From positions 1-64,000 of the forward strand of contig NIVC01002291.1 in assembly GCA_002269645.1 (NCBI GenBank): a stretch of 64,000 nt of DNA, read 5' to 3'. The position numbers were made by a program, and so were the translations under genes. A model generated the notes under the pieces. That model was not told the DNA's origin. It saw only the letters and a list, made by a program, of their open reading frames with translations, and searched no databases. Positions 11,730-35,723 of this stretch are shown here, in pieces. The stretch comes from Macrostomum lignano (Eukaryota). Each line of letters starts with the position of its first letter. Within the stretch, counting starts at the first letter, position 1.

Positions 11730-12409
11730 TGCAACAGCTGCTAGCGCCTATAAAAACTACGCTGATTTTCAGGTATACGAGCTAGACAGCGTCTCGGGTA
11801 GCAACTAAATTTTGTCTCTTTATATGCGATGGAGAGCGAGGCTGCGAAGAGACGTCAGGTAGGTGGACGGAACGCTTCTAGATTCCTCTCACCTTGCGTC
11901 CTCGTCTTCCCTAACCTCCGCCCGACCCTCCGGCCGATCATTTCTCCCCCCATCGGAGCGTGTTATTTTCGAAGCGGCCCGGGCGTTGCTAGGGGCAACG
12001 CCCCCCTTGGACTCGGTACTCGAGTTCAGGCAAGACAGGTGCAAAAGAGATGAGAAGAAGCGAGAGGCAGGCCAGGAAGACTGGAACTGTCTATCCGATT
12101 CCCATGGAATATTTGACTCACCTGTCGTGTCTTGGCTTGATTAGGCCGGCTCTACAAGGCGATTCGAGAGGAATTTCTAATTAACAAAATCCCTAGGGGC
12201 CAAAATTCGGCTGGAGCTTTCGAGTGACGAATTTCTGTTTTGGCGCCTTACCGGCCCCTAGCCGGTATATACTTTATACGGCCCCTAAATTTACATAATT
12301 TACAAAAATTATGTAAATTTATCTATGCCCCCTTCTGGGTCGCTTTCACAATCAGTAGCTTCAGTTTTGGGCTAGCGGAAGTGACTAACTAGCAAGAGCT
12401 TTCGACGCT

Positions 12410-14060
12410 GTGAAGTTTGGAGCTTGTGAAGCTTGGAGCTTGTGGAGTTTGGAGCTTGTGGAGTTTGGAGCTTGTGGAGTTTGGAGCTTGTGGAGTTTGT
12501 AGCTTGTGGAGTTTGGAGCTTGTGGAGTTTGGAGCTTGTGGAGTTTGGAGCTTGTGGAGTTTGGAGCTTCTGGAGTTTGGAGCTTCTGGAGTTTGGAGCT
12601 TGTGAAGTTTGAAGCTTGTGAAGTTTGAAGCTTGTGAAGCTTGAAGCTTGTGAAGCTTGAAGCTTGTGAAGCTTGAAGCTTGTGGAGTTTGGAGCTTGTG
12701 GAGTTTGAAGCTTGTGAAGCTTGAAGCTTGTGGAGTTTGGAGCTTGTGGAGTTTGGAGCTTGTGGAGTTTGGAGCTTGTGGAGTTTGTAGCTTGTGGAGT
12801 TTGGAGCTTGTGGAGTTTGGAGCTTGTGGAGTTTGGAGCTTGTGGAGTTTGGAGCTTCTGGAGTTTGGAGCTTCTGGAGTTTGGAGCTTGTGAAGTTTGA
12901 AGCTTGTGAAGCTTGAAGCTTGTGAAGCTTGAAGCTTGTGAAGCTTGAAGCTTGTGGAGTTTGGAGCTTGTGGAGTTTGAAGCTTGTGAAGCTTGGAGCT
13001 TGTGGAGTTTGGAGCTTGTGGAGTTTGAAGTTTGTGGAGTTTGGAGCTTGTGGAGTTGAAGTTTATGGAGTTTGGAGTTTGGAGCTTGTGGAGTTTGGAG
13101 CTTGTGGAGTTTGTAGCTTGTGAAGTTTGGAGCTTGTGGAGTTTGGAGCTTGTGGAGTTTGGAGCTTCTGGAGTTTGGAGCTTGTGAAGTTTGAAGCTTG
13201 TGAAGCTTGAAGCTTGTGAAGCTTGAAGCTTGTGAAGCTTGAAGCTTGTGAAGCTTGAAGCTTGTGGAGTTTGGAGCTTGTGGAGTTTGAAGCTTGTGAA
13301 GCTTGGAGCTTGTGGAGTTTGGAGCTTGTGGAGTTTGGAGCTTGTGGAGTTTGGAGCTTGTGGAGTTTGGAGCTTGTGGAGTTTGGAGCTTGTGGAGTTT
13401 GGAGCTTGTGGAGTTTGGAGCTTGTGGAGTTTGAAGCTTGTGGAGTTTGGAGCTTGTGGAGCTTGGAGCTTGTGGAGTTTGGAGCTTGTGGAGTTTGGAG
13501 CTTGTGGAGCTTGGAGCTTGTGGAGTTTGGAGCTTGTGGAGTTTGGAGCTTGTGGAGTTTGGAGCTTGTGGAGTTTGGAGCTTGTGGAGTTTGGAGCTTG
13601 TGAAGCTTGAAGCTTGTGGAGTTTGGAGCTTGTGGAGTTTGAAGCTTGTGAAGCTTGGAGCTTGTGGAGTTTGGAGCTTGTGGAGTTTGGAGCTTGTGGA
13701 GTTTGGAGCTTGTGGAGTTTGAAGTTTGTGGAGTTTGGAGCTTGTGGAGTTTGGAGCTTGTGGAGTTTGTAGCTTGTGGAGTTTGGAGCTTGTGGAGTTT
13801 AGAGCTTGTGAAGCTTGAAGCTTGTGAAGCTTGAAGCTTGTGGAGTTTGGAGCTTGTGGAGTTTGAAGCTTGTGAAGCTTGGAGCTTGTGGAGTTTGGAG
13901 CTTGTGAAGTTTGGAGTTTGTGGAGTTTGGAGTTTGTGGAGTTTGGAGCTAGTGGAGTTTGGAGTTTGTGGAGTTTGGAGTTTGTGGAGTTTGGAGCTAG
14001 TGGAGTTTGGAGTTTGTGGAGTTTGGAGTTTGTGGAGTTTGGAGCTTGTGAAGTCTCAAT
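12410..14060. repeat. satellite, 16-bp unit GGAGCTTGTGGAGTTT with GAAGCTTGTGAAGCTT variants, ~100 copies
   Basis: Direct inspection; the 567-aa ORF 12372-14075 is its translation. Confidence 0.97.
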
Positions 14061-14779
14061 CTTGGGAAGCCTCAATCTTGTGAAACGACCGTTCCTTCTC
14101 TACTACACTTCATCGCCCCATAGTCCCAACCTAAGCCTAAACTGCAGTGTACGCTCATAAATTCACTTTGCCCCTGGTCCTTTCTCTCTAACCCTTTCAT
14201 TCTCCATTGCAAGTATTACGAGCGTAATTGCAGATTTCGCGTCCTGGCAAATAAATAAAATTTATGAAAAATCACTGCGAATCATTTCGATTGTTAAAAT
14301 ATGAGCGCAGTCTGCTCAGTCCGATTCAGCAGAGTTTAAATTAGATCGACATGTCGAAGTGATGTAATAAGGAATCATATAGTTTATTTCTGTGTTGCAT
14401 CACAAGAGAGCCATTAAAAAATAGAAAAAGCACAATACTAACAAAGATTCGAATTGGTTTGTTCAATTAGCTGAGTAGCATCAGTAGGAATTACGTGCGT
14501 GTACGAGAATTAATAAAGACAATAGTATAGTTACCACAATCAATGCCTGCGTTGAAAAAACTATTTTGATTGCCTAATTGTCAGGAAAGCTATCAGAATC
14601 ACGTGACGCAGTCAAGATTTCAAGTCAGTTACAGCAAACAACCTAAAACCCCTCGCCAACTTTGCGGCCCTTGTTTTTTAACTAAATTTTATTGCCCAAA
14701 TGCTGACGCACACTAGGTCTACGAAACAAATAAAGTTATCTGTCACATTGATAAACTTAAGATAAGTTTGTCCCCGTGC

Positions 14780-15800
14780 CTTGCCTCTTCTCTACCCCAT
14801 TTTATTGTCCTATAGTCACACACTCCTTAGTCTAAACCGCAATGTACATTATCTGCCGTCTCCCGCCTTGATAAATGTACGCTCGTACATCAAATCAGTC
14901 CTGCCCCAGTCTCTTCTCTATCCAATTTTATTGCCCTACAGTCACACCCCTAAGTCTAAACCGCAATGTACATTATCTGCCGTCTCCCGCCTTGATAAAT
15001 GTACGCTCGTACATCAAATCAGTCCTGTCCCAGTCTTCTCTATCCAATTTTATTGACCTACAGTCACACCCCTAAGTCTAAACCGCAATGTACATTACCT
15101 GCCGTCTCCCGCCTTGATAAATGTACGCTCGTACATCAAATCAGTCCTGTCCCAGTCTCTTCTCTATCCAATTTTATTGCCCTACAGTCACACCCTTAAG
15201 TCTAAACCGCAATGTACATTATCTGCCGTCTCCCGCCTTGATAAATGTACGCTCGTACGAGTAGATCAAATCAGTCCTGCCCCAGTCTCTTCTCTATCCA
15301 ATTTTGTTGCCCTACAGTCACACCCCTAAGTCTAAACCGCAATGAACATTACCTGCCGTCTCCCGCCTTGATAAATGTACGCTCGTACATCAAATCAGTC
15401 CTGCCCCAGTCTCTTCTCTATCCAATTTTATTGCCCTACAGTCACACCCCTAAGTCTAAACCGCAATGTACATTATCTGCCGTCTCCCGCCTTGATAAAT
15501 GTACGCTCGTACATCAAATCAGTCCTGCCCCAGTCTCTTCTCTATCCAATTATTGCCCTACAGTCACACCCCTAAGTCTAAACCGCAATGTACATTATCT
15601 GCCGTCTCCCGCCTTGATAAATGTACGCTCGTACATCAAATCAGTCCTGTCCCAGTCTCTTCTCTATCCAATTTTATTGCCCTACAGTCACACCCCTAAG
15701 TCTAAACCGCAATGTACATTATCTGCCGTCTTGATCGATTTACATCAAATCGGTTCTGGCCCTGTCTTTTCTCTACCCTATATTATTGCTCTATAGTCAC
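14780..15800. repeat. tandem repeat, ~124-bp unit, ~8 copies
   Basis: Recurring CCGCAATGTACATTATCTGCCGTCTCCCGCCTTGATAAATGTACGCTCGTACATCAAATCAG at ~124-bp spacing. Confidence 0.93.
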
Positions 15801-16793
15801 ACACTATAGTCACCTCCTGGCTGCCTCAATTGCGATCTAGAAGGGGGTAGGTTCTAAGGGTCAGCTGACTCTCCATGATAAAACTATAATTTGTGTCACA
15901 TGAGCTCGGGAAACGAAAAAAATCTATAATTAGACCTTTTGAGTAGCTAGATTGCCCTAAAAGTGTCGAAAACGTGCAATTAATTCACGACGTATTATTT
16001 ACTGCTTTTGGCAGTAGCAGATCTGGGAGTGTAAAGGGGGTGTCAGCTGACCCGTTTTGAGGAGAGCAAACCTTAGCAGCCAATTTGACAGAAACTGTAT
16101 ACAGCAATTCAGTAACAGCTGGTTTAATTGTAAGAAAAAGCATCGACTAGAATCAGGAATGAGCAGTCAACAATAGAGATTGCATGATAAAAAATGAGTG
16201 TTGAAATAAAAAACTGCAATCAAGGTCTTCGCACATTCGTATGGGAAATGAATCAGAGCCGGTAGACGCATGGCTTTGGTGGAATTATTCGCATTCTTGG
16301 AAATCAAAACAGTGTTAATCCGTTTTTATCAACAAGTAGACAGATGCAAGCAGCGGAAAAGAGGGATGAGAAGTGCGGAACAGCAGAAGAAAATGCGATA
16401 TTAAAAAACACTAGAAGAAAAGTAAGACGTTGATACTAACGATTTACATAGGAGAAAAAAGCAATTAAAAAACGCGAGCTCACTACTATAAGTACTTGTA
16501 AAGCAAAACAGCAACGAAAAGCGATAAAAGGAGTGTTCGAAAAACAGATTCAATTACTCCGTCTTGAGTAACAACAACGCTCAACAGGAACAAGAGAGAG
16601 AGACAGAGAAAATATGCATCGTTTTGACTTGAATACTATCGTTATAGTGCAAAAGTGTGTGCGTGCCAGATTACACTACTTATAGTAGGCAAGTAGCACA
16701 TTTTAGATGTTTATTAGAAGATTACGAAAATACGACAATATGTTTGTGTGTACTTTTTTAGGCCAAAAAAGCATTTTGTTCGAAAACTTCGAA

Positions 16794-27613
<10,820 letters not shown>

Positions 27614-28363
27614 AGTCCACATGATTTTTAAGGGAGTCAAACCACTTTTAAATTTTTTAATAACTGAAAAATCAAGTCTTTTTAGTATTTTGGGTGTTCT
27701 TAGCTAGAAAAAGACTTAAAATTTTCTATAAAAGATTTTCATTATTAGGTAATAAAACAAATTTTTTCTTTATAAATTATCTGATAAAGTCTAATAAATT
27801 GCTCTAATAGATATTTCACTTTTAAACTAATTTGAAATATTCAGTGTAAAAAATTATTGATGCTTTAGGAAGTTTAGAACAATAAAGTGTTTCATAGTTT
27901 TTTTCTCATTTCAATGTATTGTAAAAGAGCTAGAAATAATTTTTATGATATTTCCATATTGAAGGCATAAAAATTCAAATTCATAAAAATACATCATCCT
28001 TTTATCATGCTTAAATATCACTTAAATTTATCTTTGTTCCACTTTTACTTGACCTTAGTCTGGATAAATTCAGGCTAGATAGTGTGGACACATAATTATT
28101 TTTTTTAAATTTAATTTTAGATAAACATATCAAAATTACATTAGCAATTGCAATGCCTTCTAGGATCCTAGGTCTAAATTCAGGATGCCAAATCGAAAAC
28201 TGTGATACCAGCTAGCATTTCTCAAAAAGTTAAAAAATTAAAATAATATATCTCTATCTATTACCATCAAAGAAACAAGCAGTTATAACATGTTTATTCT
28301 ACTAACCCCTCTAAGAATGTACACAAATATGGGTACATTTGCAGGCTAACTCTATGCCTTAAG

Positions 28364-28481
28364 CAGGCGCCAGGGAACAGGGGGGGGGGGGCAGCTGCCC
28401 CCCTGACATTGAGTTGGTCTGGGCTTGAGTTTTGGAAACTTGGTCTTGCCCCCCTGGCAAAAACTCATTCTGCGGCGCCTG
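28364..28481. mobile_element. 118-bp MITE, hAT-like
   Basis: Termini CAGGCGCC...GGCGCCTG; identical 8-bp flanks GCCTTAAG at 28356-28363 and 28482-28489. Confidence 0.8.
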
Positions 28482-28949
28482 GCCTTAAGGGTTGGTCTAG
28501 GTATTTAAGCATTCAAATCACAGTGCCATTCTCAGAATCATAGGACATAAGTTCACTTTGAGATAATACCAAATTGAAAACTAAGGATACTAGATGGCAT
28601 TAGTCAAAAAGTTTAAAATCTAATAAAATACCATAGCTGGGAAGGTGGCAGTTTTTGGTGAATTTTCCGGCGCAAATTGGCCCTTTTTTGACACACACGG
28701 CGCACACGGCGTACAAGGAAAAATTGGAAATGCTCTGGCGGCGCACATGGTGCATGGCGCTGAAAAAAATATATAGTTACACTTTGTTATACTTAGTAAA
28801 ATATATAGTGTCAGGCCTAATTCCATAATTTGTAAAATAAAATTATGTAAATTATGTAAATCACAATATAAAATATGTAAATGAAATTCAAATTTGTCTA
28901 CCATAAATTCCTTACAGTAGAATAAATACCTTACCTTACCTTACCTTAC

Positions 28950-29133
28950 CAGGGGTGGACCCAGGATTTTATCAAGGGGGGGGCAAGCCTTACGTCTGGT
29001 CAGGCCAGAGCTGCAATTAGGGTACCATGATACCAATATAGCATGATACCAATACATCTGAGGATTATTTTGGCAGAGCTTAGGGGGGGGGGGGGGCATG
29101 GCCCCCTTGGCCCCCCCCCTTGGTCCGCCCCTG
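28950..29133. mobile_element. 184-bp MITE, hAT-like, inserted in a (CCTTA)n array
   Basis: TIR CAGGGGTGGACC / GGTCCGCCCCTG; 8-bp flanks TACCTTAC on both sides; G/C runs typical of such MITEs. Confidence 0.78.
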
Positions 29134-32029
29134 TACCTTACCTTACCTTAGACTTACCTTATCATGGCGCGTTGCGGCGCACAAAATCTTTTCTTCATGG
29201 CGCACGGCGCACAGTGCTCAAAAGCCATCAAAATAGTTCCGGCGCACACTGTGCTAAAATATAAAATATTTTAAAATATAAAATAAAATATAAAAATACT
29301 AATATCGTCAGTCAATCTTTTACACTGCGGAGCCTCTCTGACTCAGAAGTTGCAGAAGTCTGCAGACTCAATTGTAAACATTAGGCCTATCCAAATTTGA
29401 CAGTCAATAGAAGACTTGTCTTGACACCTCAATTAGGCCTAATAAAATTTATACTTAAAATGAAACATGAATTGCAGAAAATATGAAACTAAAAAATGTA
29501 AGCGAAATCAAGCTTGAAAAAACAAAGTGCCAGTTTAGCATCCGTAGGCAAAATTCAAAGATGTGAAAATTAAAAAATTAATACGCTATTATGACGTATG
29601 AGTGGTATGACACATGCTGGCAGAAACCTCAGACTAGATTTCAATGCTAAAATAGCATCATGACTAAGCCTAGCTTGTCAAAAATACGCTTTATGTTTGT
29701 ATTATAGTCAAAACTAATTGATCGAATCAATTGAATAAAAAGTTCTGCAGTCTAAAATAGAACAAAAAGGAAAAAACAGCTTTAGTTTCGTTTGGTTTCT
29801 TGTTGTTTTCCAGTAATCTAGTGATTTTAAACTCGGTGTAAAAATACAAGAACGTGCATTAGTTAAACAAAGCAGGCCCTACCCCAAACGCACTTAAAAA
29901 GATTTTAAGAAAAAAAATTCTACCGAAATTAAATTTTATTCCCTGTCCTATGTTGGTTAAATAAATAAAATTACTCTAAATGACCATATATATTGGTTTC
30001 AGTATATTATAAGTCAAAGTTTTGCCCTAAAATGCTAAGCCCTAAGCAAACGATAGGCCCTATTCATGGTCATGGAGTATGATATAGATACGTTTTTATC
30101 CATCTAATAAAAGACAAAGGGTAATAGATCAAAATACTTAGTTCCCTACCCTTGTAGTAGGCCTAGCCTAGTAGAGCATAATTTCAATTAGATAACTGCA
30201 AAATTGGCCTATAGTATTATGATAGACCGCAAATAAATGATTTAGAAAAAAAATTATTTAAGGTTGGGTTTTTGTGTGTAGTGTCCCTATGCACCCTGAA
30301 TTTTGAAATTTCATCTTGAAGTTGAAATTATATGTTTGATTTAGCTGCAGTCTGTCTTTTCTTGCAATCTATTTTTTTAAACAAGAAAAAAGAAAAATTG
30401 TACTCAAAGCTCCAAAAAATGCATCTTAAAATTGGGCAAAGCCAAAGGGTATGATTTTGTACCTTGCTTTTGACAAAAAAACAGATTTAAGCAAACTAGG
30501 GCTAGGCCATATAAATTAATGAAGTCTTAGGGCCTAGTCTAGGCCTATTTGGTATCAACTAATTAAATATTGATTTGTCTTTTTTAATTAAGCCTAAGCC
30601 TAAGTGTGCTAAGCCTATTATTAGATCAGACATAGTACTTTACCTTAAATAACAACTTATTTTTTTCTTGTTGATCAATTGCTACAAAAGTAATAATAAA
30701 TAAATTATTAGGCTTAGCCTGTTAAATATGGGACATTGTCATAGCCATAGGTTGCATTTCAAAGGTGTAGGTAGGCATAAATGCTACTTGTTGGCAATGT
30801 TTGAGGCATTGGCATTAGCCAATAGGCAGTTAACAAAATTCTAAGTGTATGTTTGCCTTTGTCAATAGGCTAAAGTGCTTGCAACATTAGCAGTAGGCCT
30901 AGGCCCCTACTGTAGCATAGCATCCCTATATTAGCCATTTTGCTTAGTTGTAAATAGTATCAAAGCTCATCACAACTCATCATATCACCAATGCTCATCA
31001 CAATATTTATTAGCCATTCTAGCTAGCACTAGGTGCCCTCAATGGTTAAAATAGCAAGGCAAGATCATTAGCATAGCCAAATATGCTAAGCTGCCTCAGC
31101 CTCTCTAATTGTCATTGATCTAGGCTCTATTGCTGCAGCATGAAGCTGTCATCATTAGAAAGGAGAGCAGTCTATAGCACCTAGTCCAAGTACTAAGACC
31201 ATATATATGCAACCCCCCCTTGATTTACATCGGCAATGCTAGGCCTACTTACTTTTTTTACCAAAAATGTGACTTACCTAAGTAAGAAACCTTAAAGCAA
31301 AAATAATGCAATTTTGGATAAATAGCAAAAGTAACATTGACTGTCTTATTAAGGCTAAATGCCTCATCATCTAATTTGTACTATATCTATATTCTTTTGA
31401 ATGGGCATTTTTGGAACTTATCTCAAAGTCTATCACAATTTACAATAGCCAGATTAGCTAGGTTGGCCAGTTGCAAATGTATAACTAGGACAAACCACAG
31501 ATATTAGTAGAATAACTATTATTCTAGTATCTAAGTGACAAATAAGAAAAGCACAAAAATATCTATCTTCCTGCCTAAAGCATCTTAGAGGATTTCTCAA
31601 AGAAATCCAATAGGCTATCTAGTATTAGCACAATAGCATTTATGTCACAATATAGCACCATAATAATGGAAATTGCCATATTTGAGATATACCCTTTTTG
31701 GCAATATGGTTATGGCATAATAAGAAAAAAGAAACATATGGTTCATAAAAATATTAAAAAATACTTCATAGCCTAAAAAGCTTCAAATAAGTTTTATTAG
31801 CCTATGATAGACTTAGATAGGATATTCCTAGTATATTTAAGCATGCAAGTAGTCAGTATTGTTGAGTGCAAAAGCCAAGCAATTATTCTTAAATATATAA
31901 AACAAGCTGTTGAAACCCGCGGAATTTGAACCCGGGGAATTCCAATCCCCGGAACTATTTTTGCATGTATTCTGAAATCTGAGCCCATCTGAAACAAAAA
32001 CTTGTTAATAGTTAGTTAGTAGGAACTAA

Positions 32030-32830
32030 CCTCTCTCTCTCTGCTTCCCCCTCTCTCTGCTTCCCCCTCTCTCTCTGCTTCCCCCCTCTCTCTGCTTCCC
32101 CCTCTCTCTCTGCTTCCCCCCTCTCTCTGCTTCCCCCTCTCTCTCTGCTTCCCCCCTCTCTCTCTGCTTCCCCCTCTCTCTGCTTCCCCCCTCTATCTTA
32201 TCTCTCCTCTCCCATCTTTCTTCTCCTCTCTACTCTCTCCCCTCCATTCTCCTCTTTTCTCTCCTCTCGCCTCACTCACTTCTCTCTCCCTTTGTCTCTC
32301 CTCTTGTCTCTGTAATCTCTAGTCTCCCATCTCTCGTCTGTTCATTTTCTTCTCTGCTCTCAGCTCATCCCCCCTCTTTCATCTGTCATCTTTACTGTCT
32401 TATATGTTCTCTCATTCTGTCCTCTCTGTACTCTTTTCTTTCACCTCTTTTGTCTCCTCACCTTCCTTTCTCCTTTCTCCTCTTCTCTTCCCTCTTCTAT
32501 ATACTCTCTCCCTCTCTTGTCTCGTCTCTTCTCTCTCCACTCTCCTCCTTTATCTCTCATCTCTCATTTCTCATCTCTCCTTTTTCCTCTTTACTAACTC
32601 CTCTCTGCTCTCCTCTCATCTGCAGCTCTCTGCTCTCTCCTCTCTACTCGCTCCTCTACTCACTCCTCTACTCTCTCTCTACTCGCTCCTCTACTCTCTC
32701 CTCTCTACTCGCTCCTCTCTATTCTCTCCTCTCATTGTCCTCGCTCCCTCATCTCTCCTATTATCTTTTATCTTTTATCTTATTCTCTCTCTCACCTCTC
32801 CTCTTTTTTCGAATCGTCTATTCCTTCTTC
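32030..32830. repeat. CT-rich low-complexity tract beginning with a ~18-bp unit CTCTCTCTCTGCTTCCCC
   Basis: Direct inspection. Confidence 0.9.
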
Positions 32831-34654
32831 TCTCCACTCTCAACTGCCCCTCAGCCATAAGCAGGATTCTTTTCTGGCCTTTGAGGTAAAAGTCTGCCCA
32901 TTCCTGCTTGGAAAGCCAGTTTGTGGGACGTAGTACTCTCATGGCTGTTCTCATGCTTTGATCATGTCATTTTTCTTGCCAATTTGCAAGCCCTGAAAAT
33001 AATTTGTGTATCTTCAGCTCCACTGCAGTCTGCATCAATCTAACAACCAAGGAAATACGCATTTCTTAGGAGGCCATTTAAATTTTAAAGTACCTTTAAG
33101 AGAAACCTTAAATTTCCATGATGTGACTAATTTAGTAGAGTTGTATTGCATTGCATCGCCTTTTCATAAATCTTTCGCTTTTACAAACCATGCTGGATTA
33201 CCCTGATTTGCCATCCACTGTTAAACTGCTGCAGAGTTTGCCTATACAGAGGACGGTGGTTAGAATTTCTCACTAAAATGTTATGGATGGCTAAATGTAG
33301 CCTCTCAACGGGGGGTGCAGAGAAGGCCATAAACAAAGCTATTCCAAAACACTGTACATTTTCTATGTACATTCAGTCCTACCGCCTGATCCTTCGTCTG
33401 GCTCTGGGGGAATGAGTGAGTGAGTGGCACAAACAACAGAAAAAGCAGACAAACTTCACATGCTTACAGTTTCTGTTCTGATTGAGTTAGAGAGTTGAAA
33501 CTTTACATTTAGACAGAGAATGAATCAAAGAAGAATTGTGTTAAGTTAGAAGTCAATCGCTTCACGTGGAGCAAACTTATGGCAACCGAAAGTTAGGCAT
33601 TTTAAAACCTGATTCACACCCTTTGCCCAGATCGGGAAAGAGAGGCAGGCGGGCGAAGGTTGGGGTGGCTGCCTTGCTGAAAAAAACAACATAACTTTAA
33701 AAGTGCACAGCGGCTTTCAGGATTAACTTTGAGATTTGAAATTTTACAGGATTGTGTCAAAATAGTTGAAAATTGCCTGTGTCAAATTTGAAGAGAATCG
33801 GTAGAAGTAGAGCGGCGCTATGGAGGATTTAGTGAAAAAATCGCGCATTTTGAGCAGTTTTTTGCACTTTTAGGTGGGAAGACTCAAATTTAGGAAATTT
33901 TAAGGTAGCCTAAGACATTCTCCGTAGTAAGTTTAGGGTGGGTGTAAAGTTAGGTATAATTTGGTTGAGCGGTTTGGGAGTCCATAGCGATCAAAATTGT
34001 CCACACACAGACACACACACACACAGAGTTTTGATTTTTATAGTTAGAGATGGCATAGTGTTCTATGGCGAGCCTAAAGTATCTATTCATCTTGGCTATT
34101 TGCCACATTAGAATATTTATTTTAAGAGGGCATAATAAAACCAATTTGATAAGAAGGATAAATATAGTATTTTATTAGTTACTCTAATTAAGCCTAAAGA
34201 TCATACATGTGTAACCTTGGGAATCACCCAGCTATCTCTATTGTTAACATACCCATGAAAGTCACTATTGGCTAAGAGCAGTCATGTGAATACTATTCTG
34301 TCCAATAGCAGCTTATATGTATATGTTGCTAATAGAAATAGCCAAATGAATCCCTAGGTTATGCCCAAGCATGCTAAGTATATAAATAGATAAATAACTT
34401 TTAAATCTTGTCATTTTCAGCTTTAGTTAATCTAAATATACTAAATAGCATTCTATACTTATAAGTAAAACTCCAAATCTTATTTTAGTTACAATGCTAC
34501 TGTTTTAGGCCTATAGCATATTTAGCATATTCAATGCTAAATTTCTATGTCATTTCATTCAATTTTTGGCAAAAGGCAATAAGGGTCTATATTTCTGAAA
34601 AATTAAGATTTGTAGGTCTATTAATATAGGAATAAACTTAGAAGTTAGGTCCTA

Positions 34655-35723
34655 CCCGTTGAATTTTGAGTTTTTAAAGTAGGCATGAAAGGTGAAGAGT
34701 TTTACACCTTCTGCCTCACTTTCGCCTCTTTTATGCCTATTTTGTGCCACTTGTGCACCGCGTGTTCACCTGAGTGCCTCTGCAGGGTCAGAAGGTGAAT
34801 ATAAGGCACGAAATAGGCGGTAGGGGCACAGGTGTCATAGGGGAGTTCGGTGTATTAAAGGTGCACAGTGTGCATTGGAGGCACAAAAGGTGAACAAGGT
34901 AGGAATTGGGGGCATTGGTGGAGTGAAAGGTGAAAATGTGCGCTGCGGTGGAGGTGCATAAAAAGTGTACAGTGTGCACTGGAGGCACAAAAGGTGAATA
35001 AAGGGTGCACAGTGGGCACTTTAGGTGTAGAGGCAATTCAAGGGGCGTTCCAACTTGCGACAGTTCTTTGCTACTTTTTCTTATTATTCTTTAAACAGAT
35101 TCAAAGCTTTTCATCACTTTTCGGAACTTTTCCTGAGTATTTGAAAGTTATTAAAACTTATCAGTATAGGAAATGTTTACTTTCGTGGTTTGTCAGGATC
35201 AGGAAGGGGATAGCAGCGATTAGTAAAGGTGTAAATAAAGCTTTTCTATGTTCGATCTGTGCGTGCAATGTACGAGTATGTAACTCTCAGTTAATTTTTT
35301 GTTACTGATTATTAATGCACTAATTCGTGCATAGGCATGAAAGGTGAGCGAGGTGCACAGAAGAGGCACTTTTGGGGTCTATTTCGAGCGTGTTTTGGAA
35401 ATGCACCTGTATACATATTTACGCTGCAACATGTACACCTTATGCACCTCTAATTCATCTTTTGTGCACTTTCTGCGCCCCTTCAGCACCTTTACTGCCC
35501 CTACCGCCGCATCCAATCAAAATTGAGAATTCACCTACTGCCTGACCACTTCACCGATTGTACACCTTTCATGCCTCTTTTCAAAAATATTGGTGACATT
35601 TAGGCATAAAAGGTGCACTCAGGTGCATTTCCAAAACACACACAAAATGGACCACTAAAGTGCCTCTTTTGTGCACCTCGTTCACCTTTTATGCCTCTGC
35701 AGGTGCATAACTTTTCCAACGGG
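34655..35723. mobile_element. probable non-autonomous DNA transposon, ~1.07 kb, CCC...GGG termini
   Basis: Ends CCCGTTGAATTTT / AACTTTTCCAACGGG; CTA directly flanks both ends; internal AGGCAT(G/A)AAAGGTG motifs in both orientations; no ORF. Confidence 0.55.

Noticed and set aside
11829-12144. Short + strand ORFs (MESEAAKRRQ..., MDGTLLDS...)
   Set aside because: No recognisable protein or consistent exon chain; the donor-like sites on - suggest 5' UTR exons of the orphan gene instead.
12372-14075. 567-aa ORF (SKLHKLQTPQAPNST repeats) and overlapping ORFs
   Set aside because: Pure translation of a 16-bp satellite that lacks stops on one strand; no splice or coding context.
28921-29160. (CCTTA)n as an interstitial telomeric repeat
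   Set aside because: The unit is TAAGG on the other strand, not TTAGG or TTAGGG, and there are only a few copies.
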